Source of the DNA: Neovahlkampfia damariscottae
Taxonomy: Eukaryota
Reading direction: 5' to 3'
Length of the DNA stretch: 64,000 nt
NCBI GenBank assembly: GCA_016618085.1
Contig: JABLTG010000014.1
Location: 1 to 64,000 of the forward strand
The notes under the pieces were generated by a model. It searched no databases and had not been told where the DNA came from. It saw only the letters and a list, made by a program, of their open reading frames with translations. Every line of letters starts with the position of its first letter. The stretch's first letter is position 1. Position numbers and translations under genes: made by a program. Positions 1-9,854 of this stretch are shown here, piece after piece.

Positions 1-620
1 CTCTTCCACATGCTATTTTAAGAATGGATCTTGCTGGACGTGATTTAACTGAATATCTCATGAAAATCTTAACAGAAAGAGGATATTCATTCAAAACAAC
101 AGCTGAAAGAGAAATTGTTAGAGATATCAAAGAAAAACTCTGTTATGTTGCTCTCGACTTTGACGAAGAAATGGTTAAAGCTGAAACTTCAGGAGATGTT
201 GAAAAAACTTATGAACTTCCTGATGGAAATATCATCACTATCGGAAACGAAAGATTTAGATGTCCAGAAGTTCTCTTCCAACCTAACTTTATCGGTTTAG
301 AATGTACTGGTGCTCACGAAACTGGATTCAATTCAATCCAAAAATGTGATATTGATATCAGAAAAGATTTATATCAAAATATTGTTATGTCAGGAGGTAC
401 AACTATGTTTGAAGGAATTGCTGACAGAATGACAAAAGAAATTGTTAACTTAGCACCATCATCAATGAAAGTTAAAGTTGTTGCTCCACCTGAAAGAAAA
501 TACTCAGTTTGGATCGGAGGTTCAATTCTTGCTTCACTCTCAACTTTCCAACAAATGTGGATCTCAAAAGATGAATACGAAGAATCAGGACCATCTATTG
601 TTCACAGAAAATGTTTCTAA
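1..620 (+). CDS. act: Actin (3' part; 5' end outside window)
   Basis: Translation [22 protein letters not shown]...YELPDG...[26 protein letters not shown]...IVHRKCF is canonical actin. Confidence 0.99.
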   Translation, partial: LPHAILRMDLAGRDLTEYLMKILTERGYSFKTTAEREIVRDIKEKLCYVALDFDEEMVKAETSGDVEKTYELPDGNIITIGNERFRCPEVLFQPNFIGLECTGAHETGFNSIQKCDIDIRKDLYQNIVMSGGTTMFEGIADRMTKEIVNLAPSSMKVKVVAPPERKYSVWIGGSILASLSTFQQMWISKDEYEESGPSIVHRKCF

Positions 621-798
621 ACAACTTAAAAATAAATTTTGTAAAAATCGAATTAATGAAAACTTTGTGTTTTTTTTTGAATTATTTCATTCGCTTTTTT
701 AATCATGTTGTTTCTCCTTGTTCAATGTGTTCTGAATTGATTAAAATTCCTTGTTCTTGTTGATTTCTCATCGTCCAATCAGCAAAAATTTAAACTCA

Positions 799-1533
799 AT
801 GAGGTTCTTGTTGTTGGTGCCTTCAATTTTGTTTTGCCATTACTTTTACCTCTATTTAAGAAATTGGTATTATGATTATCAATTACTGTTTTGTGTATAT
901 GTATTTGGATACGAATTGACTTACTGGAGTTCATCTTGTTTATTTGAATTTTTAGACAGATGCTATCCAAACCACAAGAACAAATTAAAATCAAAAAGTT
1001 TATCCAAATATACTTTCAAAGAGATGGTAGTTCGTTCTGCTTTCAATCATTCCATTCAGTTATTTGCTTGGCCATTTTTGTTTTATATTTATACACCTCT
1101 GGATTATAAATACAATAAGAGCATATTTGCAACTTTTATTTGGTTTTTTATCATTTATGCTGTTTTTGATTTCACATTTTATGTTGGTCATTGGGCTATG
1201 CATCATTTTTCAAGTTGGAAGTCGATTCATGATTTACATCATGAGACTTATGCTACAAGTGGAATTTCTTGTCACATGATGTCCTTTCCAGATTTTATTT
1301 TGGAGTCTCTGGGTTGTGGTGCATCAGTGATAATCATTCTATTTCCATTTGGTTGTTCACCGATGGCAATGTACGCTTTTTTGAGTTATGGAATTTTAAA
1401 TGGTGTTGTTTCACATTCAGGATGGGATATTTGGTTCTTAAATGATCCAAAAACACATTTCCTTCATCATTTGAAATATAAAGTCAATTTATCAGGTGGT
1501 ATTTTTGATTTAGTTTTTAAAACTGCGGAATAA
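799..1533 (+). CDS. Fatty acid hydroxylase/sterol desaturase superfamily membrane protein (ERG25/CH25H-like)
   Basis: His boxes HWAMH, HDLHH, HSG..HFLHH plus hydrophobic segments; ATG at 799 follows a CCAAT at ~776. Confidence 0.85.
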   Translation: MRFLLLVPSILFCHYFYLYLRNWYYDYQLLFCVYVFGYELTYWSSSCLFEFLDRCYPNHKNKLKSKSLSKYTFKEMVVRSAFNHSIQLFAWPFLFYIYTPLDYKYNKSIFATFIWFFIIYAVFDFTFYVGHWAMHHFSSWKSIHDLHHETYATSGISCHMMSFPDFILESLGCGASVIIILFPFGCSPMAMYAFLSYGILNGVVSHSGWDIWFLNDPKTHFLHHLKYKVNLSGGIFDLVFKTAE

Positions 1534-1609
1534 TGAGATAGGTAATATATATTTTTGTTCTTGAATATAATTTTAATAAATTAATTTTTGTCTTTTGAGA
1601 AATTGACCA

Positions 1610-1834
1610 ATGAATCAACCCAATAAAATTTGTCCAACTTGTAAAAAACCTCTGAAGGAGGTTCAAATAAATTTGGATGAAAAAATACAGATTTGTATTC
1701 AAAAAAATGTAATCTATACTTGATCTTAATTTTTTTTCTTCAAGTGTGTGTATCCATTAACAGAAAAAAATATTGATGAATTTTTAGTTTCAACAAAGAA
1801 AGAATTTCAGGTTGATGATTTATTTCAAAAATAA
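1610..1834 (+). CDS. 62-aa zinc-ribbon microprotein resembling the USPL1 N-terminal Cys motif (2 exons: 1610-1708, 1745-1834)
   Basis: Phase-0 GT-AG intron 1709-1744 gives MNQPNKICPTCKKPLKEVQINLDEKIQICIQKN|CVYPLTEK...QK*; missed by the ORF track. Confidence 0.6.
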
Positions 1835-1836
1835 AT

Positions 1837-2936
1837 TTATTCAATCTTTTTAATTAACTCTTTTACAATTTTTGATAATGCAGAATTACCATTTAAACTT
1901 TGAATATGGTTTTCAAGCTTATTGAAATATTCATGAAGTATTTGTTTGGTATATTCTTGACTTCTTGTTTCTTTCATTAATTCAATAGCATAATCAAGTA
2001 GTACTTTTTCATTTGTCTTTTGTTTTAAGATATCTTTTGATTTAATTTCAAATTAAAAAATTACTTAAAACTTTAACATCTTTTGATAATGTCAAATGAT
2101 GAATGATTGGAAAAGAAAATTTTCCTTCTGTAAAATCTTCACAAAATGATTTATTTATTTGATTCATTGAAAATAAATTCAAATAATCATCTAGAATTTG
2201 AAAAAAAATTGACAAATCATCTAATAAAGAATTAAAATTTCTAATAATTAGTTGTTGTGTTTTAACAACTTACGTCGAATTTTTTGAATAGTTCTGCATT
2301 AAACCTATGTTTTAGTTGAATGAAAAATATTTACCAACTGATATTCTAAATAATGACCCTATTTCTTGATGATAATCAATGTTAGAATTTTTGAAAAATT
2401 TTGTTCAAACTATTTTTCACCATTGAGAGATATTCAGATTCATCAGGACATTTACAATGATCTCTCCAACTTGATTAAAATTAATAATTAATACATTTTT
2501 TTACAAAATATCTAATCCTTGACCTTTGTGGAGTAACAACAATTCTTCAAGAACTAAATTACTTGATTCTTGTAAATTTGATTTATTCAACTCTAATAAT
2601 GCCTCAAAATATGAATAATTAGCAGAATTTATTGTTTGAGGAACTCCAAATAATCGATAGGCACCTTCAAATCAATTACAAAGTTTAATTATTCTTACAT
2701 GGTTTTCCTGATGATTTAAGAATTTTTTTTTTTTTACCTTCACGAAGATGTGAAGAATCTTCAATATCATCCAACAATAAACTTGAATTATATAACTTTT
2801 GAACAATTTGTTTCACTGTTTTAATTTTTTCTTCCTCCAATTGAATCCATAAATTGAAAGAATCAATCAAATTGTTCAATAAATTACTTTGAGTATTTTT
2901 TGTGATATATTCATAAGGTTGATTGATCTCTTCCAT
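1837..2936 (-). CDS. GGPS1: Geranylgeranyl diphosphate synthase (type III), multi-exon, including a 9-nt exon at 2699-2707
   Basis: LLDDIEDSSHLR (FARM), LHKGQGLDI, QILDDYLNL (SARM); several short GT-AG introns restore the frame. Confidence 0.88.
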
Positions 2937-3009
2937 AAAATTAATCTGTTTTTAACTTTCTTTGTTTGACCAATCATATTTCTTGACCAACACAAATAAA
3001 AATTGAAGC

Positions 3010-4865
3010 ATGTCTGTAGCATCATACATTGAAAGAATATTGGAAGAAAGTGCTATTCCAGTTAATGAATTAGTCCAAAAAGAATATATCACAACAGTAA
3101 AAAAACCAAAGAAGAAAAAAAATTAAATTTTTTAAAAGAAAGAAGCTGCAAGTATTTTCAGACAAAGAAGAAGTTTTGAATCAAAAATATTATCTCATGA
3201 TGTGGTTAAAGAACACTATCTGAATTATTTAAATTTTGAAATTAATCTTCTTTTGTTAATAAAAACAAGAAGTCAAGTTAATGGATTACCAAAATTAGAG
3301 AAATGGGATAAAGTTTGTAAACATATTGCAACAATTTTTGAAAGAGGATTAAAAAAATATAGAACTGATGAATTACTTTGGAAATCATATCTTGATTGGT
3401 CAATTGAATATAACTTTAAAGTTGAACATCATTTTGAATCTGCTTTACAAATGAATCCTGATAATGAAAGTCTTTGGATATTAGCAACAAAATGGCAAGT
3501 TGAAGTTAATCAATCACCTGAAACTGCGAGAAATTTATTTCAAAGAGCAGTCAAATTAATTCCATCCAGTGAAAATCTTTGGTTGGCTTTTTTTAAATTT
3601 GAAACTTTAAATGCAATTGAATTAATGGAAGAGGATGATGAAGATGATGATAAAAAAGATATTGAAAAGGTTAAACCTATTGAAAATCCAACAGAAACAT
3701 ATAAAGTTGCATTGTTAATTTATGATCAAATAGACAACATTTCATTATTTAAAAATAACTACAAAATACGTTTTGAAATGTTAAATGTATTGAATTATGC
3801 ATCAAGTACAGAAACCATTCAAAATTTCATCTTGGAAAAAATATTAAAAAAATTTTCACACGATGAAGAATGTGTCATGGAATGTTTAACTTTCAAATTT
3901 AAAAAAAAATTAGAAAACAAAAAAGATGAAGATTTATTTGAATATGAAAAAGAAACTATTTTACACTTCAATGAAGCTGCAAAGGTTATTCCTTCAAAAA
4001 AGTTTTTTGAATGTTATTCTAGATTTTGTTTGGAATCTATTGAAAGAAATAAACATAAAAAAAAGAATTATGAATATTTAATGGATCATTTAATCAATGA
4101 TTTGTATTACAATGTTAATTTGAATAATATGTTCAGTGAATCATTATACATGGATTATTGTTATATTTTGATATTTTTGGGTTATTTTGAAATTGCAAAG
4201 GAAACTTTAAGCACAGCAATTTTAGAATTCCCAACTAGTTTTAAATTGATAAAACTTTATCTTTCGTTTCTATTGAAATTGAAAACTGATCAAAAAGAAA
4301 TTTTAGGCTTATTTCAAACTTTTTTGAAGAAATTTGATTTATTAATCGATCAACAAGATGAATTATCAATTAAGACTAATAAACAAAACTTATGGTTTTA
4401 CTTTATTGATTATTTAAAAGAGAATTGTGATAAAGAAACAACAAAGAAATTTATGAAAAATGCAATGATTGGATGCAACACATTTGAAATGAAAAGAAAA
4501 TGTTTTGAATGGTTTACTGATAATTTTGGTGTCAAAGGCGCAAGAGAAGCATCTTCAATGTAAAAAAATTCTATTTTTGTTAACATTTTAGGATTATTCA
4601 AATTTTACCAAATGAAGTCGAAGTTTATCGAATGTTGATTGAATATGAAACCTCTTTGAAAGAAAAGGATATTTCTCAAATTGTCGTTTTATATGATAGC
4701 ATTATCCAACAATGTGGTGATTCAAATGAAGATATTTGGATTGAATATATTCAATTAATGAATTCAATTGGTAATTTAAGAAAATCACACAATTTATACT
4801 ATTTGGCTACAAAAACTTTGAAGAATGTCCAACCATTCATTCAAAAATACGAAAAAATAAAATAA
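3010..4865 (+). CDS. UTP6: U3 snoRNP-associated protein 6 (HAT repeats), 3 exons
   Basis: N-terminus MSVASYIERILEE..ELVQK..|KEAASIFRQRRSFE..YLNYLNFE, followed by HAT repeats (LWKSYLDW, ARNLFQRAV, LWLAFFKFE). Confidence 0.8.
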
Positions 4866-4997
4866 AATTCTAAAAATAGTTTCAAATTAAAATACTTTTA
4901 AAGTTGAGAAAAAACTCATCTGGATGTCGAATGATTTCAATTTTCTGCTTTACCTTCTAAAATTTTTTTGTCCAATCATATTTTTTTTCACAACCTG

Positions 4998-6911
4998 ATG
5001 AGGTTGAGGTACCTGTTAATGTTTTTATGTTGTATAATTGTATTCTCACATAACCTATGTTTGGTAAAAAAAAATAATTACATCGAAATACATGAATCCA
5101 TGAATTTAGATGAAGATAAACAATATTTTGTGAATGGAGCAATTAGAGGAACACCAGAAGGTTTCAGTTCTGTCAGTTTTCAGAGTTATTCAAATAACAA
5201 AAAATTAACATATGTATATTGGAATTCAACCAAAGGAATTACAAAAAATGAAGATTTTGGACATTTAAAATTTGAAATTGTGAATAATTTTAAAGAAGTA
5301 TATTTCAGTAGAGGTAGTTGGGATTTGTTATTTTTTTCATTTCAAGTAAATGAATCTGTTTATAATAATTCAGATTTTATCAATATTTCTTCAAATGTAG
5401 ATAAATCACTCTTGTTTAACAATCAAGAAAATAGTTGGAATATGCAAATTGATTCATATGTTGAAATTCCATTCAAAGAAGCAAAAACATGTGAAGTGTT
5501 TTTATGTAATTTAAGAATAAGTCAAATGCATTTCGTTTATATGATGATTGATCAAACTATTGTTTTAGCCTTGATCTGTATTGGTATTTTATTGAGAAAT
5601 TCACAACCTCTAAAATCAAGAGGATTTATTCTCATTTTTGGTTTAATTATTCAATTTTTTGAAGGATTTCAAAATTTAATACCTTATTTTATGACAGTTG
5701 AAGAAAGTTATAAATATGAATATATTTTACAAGATGTCATTTTTGTCACTTTGAGATTCTCTTCTTATTTGTTGATTATTCTGAACATGTTAAGAATTTT
5801 TTTAGTTTTATTTATTCAAAGAAATTATCATTTTATTTATTCAAATACATCAGTTTCATCTAGTATTATTGGATTTATTGCATATTTAAAATTCTTCACA
5901 TCTGATTTTGGTTCATTAATTGGTTCACTTTTGTTGTTTTTCAGTCAAGGTGTATTTTCATTTATTTTTATATTAATTGTTTCTCATCTTTATCATGCAC
6001 CATTATTAATGAATGATTTATTATTTCAATTTTTTCAAGTCAAATTAATACTATTCAAATCATTTTTTATTTTTATAATCATTTGTTTGACAATTTTAGA
6101 TATTATTTTGAATTTAAGAGATTTTATTTGTAATTTCAAGAAATTCTTTTCATCTGATCCATTTGCATTTCGTCTACAACAAATTTGGATTATACCAATT
6201 ATCGTTGTTGAAATTTTAGAAATGTCTTGGTTTTGGAATGGAAAGAGATGTTTAGATAATACAATATGGTCTATTGTTTATAGTACTTTATATCGTGTTT
6301 TTACTATTTTTTACTTTTCTGGCTTTGTGATGATTTTGACGGCATTAAAAAAATTCATCGAACTTTTCCAACAAAAAGTTGAACTTGATAATGATACGAT
6401 TGATGAGATTTTTAAAGATGAAGAAAAATTTGAAATTTTTAAAGAGTATGTCAAAAAAGAGTTTTCAAATGAAAATGTATTACTTTATCAAGATATTAAA
6501 AAATATCAAATTGAAGAAGATTTTGCGACTAGAAAAATATTGGCGAATCATATTTATATGAAATATTTAAATGGAAATTTATCAGAATTAGAAGCGAATA
6601 TTTCTGGTAAGTTCTGTAGAGAAGTTTATAGAAAAATTAAAAATGAACAGTTTGAACCTGATTTATTTGATAGTTGTCTTCTGACAATTAAAGAGAATTT
6701 AGCAGATACTTATTCAAGATTTATATTATCTGAAAGATATACAGGTTATGAAAGTTCTGTTCAATTGTTGAAAGATCATATTCAAAGCTCCTCTGAGTTG
6801 TCAAATTTATTGCCTAAATTTCAAACATCGACATCAGTTGACTCACCATTAACTTTTTATGCTTCAAAAGCTCAAATTGTTGAAGATGTTGCTGATTTAG
6901 ATCTTGATTAA
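4998..6911 (+). CDS. Multi-pass (7TM-like) membrane protein with C-terminal RGS domain
   Basis: Signal peptide, several hydrophobic helices, then the RGS signature FKEYVKKEFSNENVLLYQDI..YL....ELEANI..LADTYSRF. Confidence 0.85.
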   Translation: MRLRYLLMFLCCIIVFSHNLCLVKKNNYIEIHESMNLDEDKQYFVNGAIRGTPEGFSSVSFQSYSNNKKLTYVYWNSTKGITKNEDFGHLKFEIVNNFKEVYFSRGSWDLLFFSFQVNESVYNNSDFINISSNVDKSLLFNNQENSWNMQIDSYVEIPFKEAKTCEVFLCNLRISQMHFVYMMIDQTIVLALICIGILLRNSQPLKSRGFILIFGLIIQFFEGFQNLIPYFMTVEESYKYEYILQDVIFVTLRFSSYLLIILNMLRIFLVLFIQRNYHFIYSNTSVSSSIIGFIAYLKFFTSDFGSLIGSLLLFFSQGVFSFIFILIVSHLYHAPLLMNDLLFQFFQVKLILFKSFFIFIIICLTILDIILNLRDFICNFKKFFSSDPFAFRLQQIWIIPIIVVEILEMSWFWNGKRCLDNTIWSIVYSTLYRVFTIFYFSGFVMILTALKKFIELFQQKVELDNDTIDEIFKDEEKFEIFKEYVKKEFSNENVLLYQDIKKYQIEEDFATRKILANHIYMKYLNGNLSELEANISGKFCREVYRKIKNEQFEPDLFDSCLLTIKENLADTYSRFILSERYTGYESSVQLLKDHIQSSSELSNLLPKFQTSTSVDSPLTFYASKAQIVEDVADLDLD

Positions 6912-6951
6912 TAAACTTTATATTTGACCAATTAAATTCATTTCTTGAAAA

Positions 6952-8251
6952 ATGTTTGTGGAGAACAATGAAACAGCTGAAGAAACATTTGATTATGATG
7001 TATTATATCAAGCAGTATATGATGAAGATACAAAAATGATGTCAAAATTTTTTGATAAAAATTACTATGTGAGTCAATTGGTTTGGAAAAAAGAAAAATT
7101 CATATTTCACAGACAGTAAATTGAAATACTTTTTTATGTTCCAAAGAGATATCCAATCGTTTTTAATTGTTATTTTTAATTAAATTTTCAATTTTTAGGG
7201 AGTAAGTCGTGAAAAAATTTGACAAAAAATAAGTGTGTAAGAAAATTGTATTTTATAATTTATTTGAGTAGAAAGTATTTTTTTTAACTTTTGTTTTTAT
7301 TTTTAAAAGAGAGTAAAACGAATTTGTTTTTTTTCATTTAAAAATTAGGGAGTATGTCTTTATGATGATATTCAATTTTTTAAAAAGGAAGTAGGTTTTT
7401 TTTAGGAGATTAAAAAATGAAATAGAATGTATTTATTTGAATTATTAATATATATAGCCTGTATTATAATGTAGTATTTTTAATTTTTGAAAAAAGGGAG
7501 TAATTCTTCATTATTTGATTTAGTTTGTAGTGCGTAAAATTCTTAAATTTTAAATCCAAAATAGAAAGTAAAAAATTACTTTTTTAAATCCAAAAGAAAG
7601 TAAGAATTTATTTATTTAATAAATTTAAACAGTTTGTAATCTTGTTATTGATATTTAACCTTTTTTTAGTTTATTAAAGCACCAATTGTAAAATTTTCTT
7701 TTTAAGTTCTAAAATTTCCCCAGGAAGTAACCTTGTTTTTTTATTGAATTTTTAGAATGTAATTATGATATTCTAATTATTTTAGGTGGTAAATTTAATT
7801 TTTCAATTTTAATTTGTGAAGTATTCTGTATTCAAAAAATTCTTTAAATTTTCTAAAAAGACTGTAAATTGATGGTTAAATTCTAAAATTCAAGTTCGTA
7901 AGAAATATCATGAAAATCATTTTAACTATTAGTATGTAAGCAAATATATCAAATTGAAACTCCATTGTTCAGGTTGTAAGTGATTCAATTCAAAAGTTAA
8001 AAAAATTTTTTATAGAGGGAAAGAGTAAATAAATAAAAAACACTAAAATCAAAAAGGAAGGAGAAAATTTTCATTTTGAAATTCCATGGAGTCTTTTACA
8101 TTTAGCAGCTGCTCTTAATAAACAAAAATCAATTCACTTTTTAATATCAATGAATGCAGATTGCAATAAAAAAGATAAAACTGGAAGAACACCAAAAGAC
8201 GTTGCAAAATTACTTGGACATCAATTAGATTTCTCAGAAAAATATGATTAA
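6952..8251 (+). CDS. Small ankyrin-repeat protein with 27 exons (25 internal micro-exons; 139 aa if all are included)
   Basis: Exon 1 6952-7068 (MFVE...LYQAVYDEDTKMMSKFFDKNYY) ends in phase 0 at GTGAGT. Last exon 8057-8251 (EGENFHFEIPWSLLHLAAALNKQKSIHFLISMNADCNKKDKTGRTPKDVA...*) starts in phase 0 and has the ankyrin consensus. CCAAT at ~6928. Confidence 0.85.
7069..8056 (+). other. Micro-exon array: 26 GT-AG introns (27-44 nt) flanking 25 phase-0 micro-exons
   Basis: Exons: 7113 aca; 7147-58 agatatccaatc; 7199 gga; 7234 tgt; 7272 aaa; 7310 aga; 7349 gga; 7388 gaa; 7426 aat; 7458 cct; 7497 gga; 7531 tgc; 7565 aaa; 7597 aaa; 7633 ttt; 7670-87 tttattaaagcaccaatt; 7724 gaa; 7756 aat; 7786 gtg; 7822-27 tattct; 7861 act; 7895 ttc; 7933 tat; 7973 gtt; 8016-24 agggaaaga. 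Confidence 0.85.
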
Positions 8252-8279
8252 AAAAATTGATCTTTTTTTCAAAATTCTT

Positions 8280-9752
8280 TTACTTCAAATGAAAATTCAC
8301 ATTAGTGAATAAATCTCTTCTCATTGAGTGAAGACAAAATTTTGATTGATAATTTCCAATGTCCTTAAATCCCATTTCTTTAATTTTTGAGCTTAAATTT
8401 TTTGTCCATGATCCTATTCCTTCTGATTCAAGTATTGTTAAATGTTCATGTGAAATATCATCAGAAGGATCTTTTCCATTGTGTAATAATGTCACTTTAT
8501 TTCTTGATATCAAAACCTTTTCCATACTTACTCTTGATACAGTTTTCTCAAATTTTGTAATTGAATCTTCAATGGGATTTTGACAAAGAAACTTTGCTAA
8601 TACCATTGCATCAATAATGGCACGATTCGCACCTTGACTCTTAAAAGGACTCATAGGATGAAATGCATCTCCAATTAATGTCACTCTTGAATATTTTTGA
8701 AGTAGTTCCAAGGATATTGGATCATTATCAAAAACAGGAGTTCCCATTAAATCATCTATTTCAGTTTCATTAATCATTTCTGGAACAGGAGAATGAAAAT
8801 TAGAAACTAATTTTGAAACAAGATTTTTTAAATCTTTTTTGTTTTTAGACAAGTATGCGGCTTCCTTTTCATCCATTGAGAATGATAATTGCCACATAGT
8901 TTTGATTCGTTTATCTGTTGATTCAAATTGTGCTGAAAATGGCATTGTATAAATTCTAACCAATCCATTGCTCGTTTCGAAGGTAGTTTTTTTTAATAAC
9001 TCATGATCAACGTAAACTATACCTAAAACCACCATTACTCCAAGATAATTCATCTCTTTTGAAGAAAACAAATTTCTAACTTGTGAATAAATTCCATCTG
9101 CTCCAATGACCATATCAACATCTAAAGTTTCATTTTCAAATTCTAATTGAACTTTATCTTCAATTTGTTTTAAGCCTTTCAATTTATGATTCCATTTGAT
9201 GTTTAATTCTTCTTTGTTTATTAATAAATATCTTAAATCTTGTCGTGATGTGTGTAGATTGAATTTATTTTGTTGTGCTTGATTAAAGAATGTACGTCCG
9301 TAGAATTTCTTAATTTGTCCATTTTGTTTGAAAAAATAACGTGATTCTGTTTTGGTGTCTATTTCTTTGACTTTTTCAAAAATTCCTAATTCTTTTAAAC
9401 TTGGAACAGCTTGTTGTATAGTAAGTCCATATCCTTGTCTTCTTGAATTAAAATGAGAATCCTTTTCGTAAACGACGACATTTGTAAATCCATAATTTTT
9501 CAAGCTCAAAGCTATAGAACAACCACCAATTCCAGCTCCTATTATGGCTATTTTAGCATCCTGATATTCATTTTTAACAAGTGTTTTTTGTTTCTTTAAT
9601 TTTTTTGCTTGTAATTTTTGTTGAGCTTTTAATTTTTTTAATTTTCTGTCATATGGTTCTTCACTTTGTAAGTGTTGGATTTTCTTCAGTCTTTTGTATT
9701 CTTCAATATTTGTTTTTTTCAACTCTTCAAAATTTATTTCCTTTTCGCTCAT
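8280..9752 (-). CDS. FAD-dependent monooxygenase (aromatic hydroxylase/UbiH-like family)
   Basis: IAIIGAGIGG (FAD-binding), VIGADGIYSQVR (DG motif), LIGDAFHPMSPFKSQGAN (GD motif). Confidence 0.9.
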   Translation of the reverse strand: MSEKEINFEELKKTNIEEYKRLKKIQHLQSEEPYDRKLKKLKAQQKLQAKKLKKQKTLVKNEYQDAKIAIIGAGIGGCSIALSLKNYGFTNVVVYEKDSHFNSRRQGYGLTIQQAVPSLKELGIFEKVKEIDTKTESRYFFKQNGQIKKFYGRTFFNQAQQNKFNLHTSRQDLRYLLINKEELNIKWNHKLKGLKQIEDKVQLEFENETLDVDMVIGADGIYSQVRNLFSSKEMNYLGVMVVLGIVYVDHELLKKTTFETSNGLVRIYTMPFSAQFESTDKRIKTMWQLSFSMDEKEAAYLSKNKKDLKNLVSKLVSNFHSPVPEMINETEIDDLMGTPVFDNDPISLELLQKYSRVTLIGDAFHPMSPFKSQGANRAIIDAMVLAKFLCQNPIEDSITKFEKTVSRVSMEKVLISRNKVTLLHNGKDPSDDISHEHLTILESEGIGSWTKNLSSKIKEMGFKDIGNYQSKFCLHSMRRDLFTNVNFHLK

Positions 9753-9854
9753 TCAGAAAAAACACAAATATGGAAGTTTTGAAAAAATGATTTTTTATTG
9801 GACAAATTGTTCGAATTGAAATCGGAAAAGGAAGGTGATTACAAAAGGAATTAT

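Noticed and set aside
7069..8056. Reading the region as one long intron, intergenic DNA or a CRISPR-like/tandem repeat
   Set aside because: There is no conserved repeat unit; the periodicity comes from AG-NNN-GT junctions. A single 1-kb intron would be far longer than the others seen here and would not explain codon-sized spacing.
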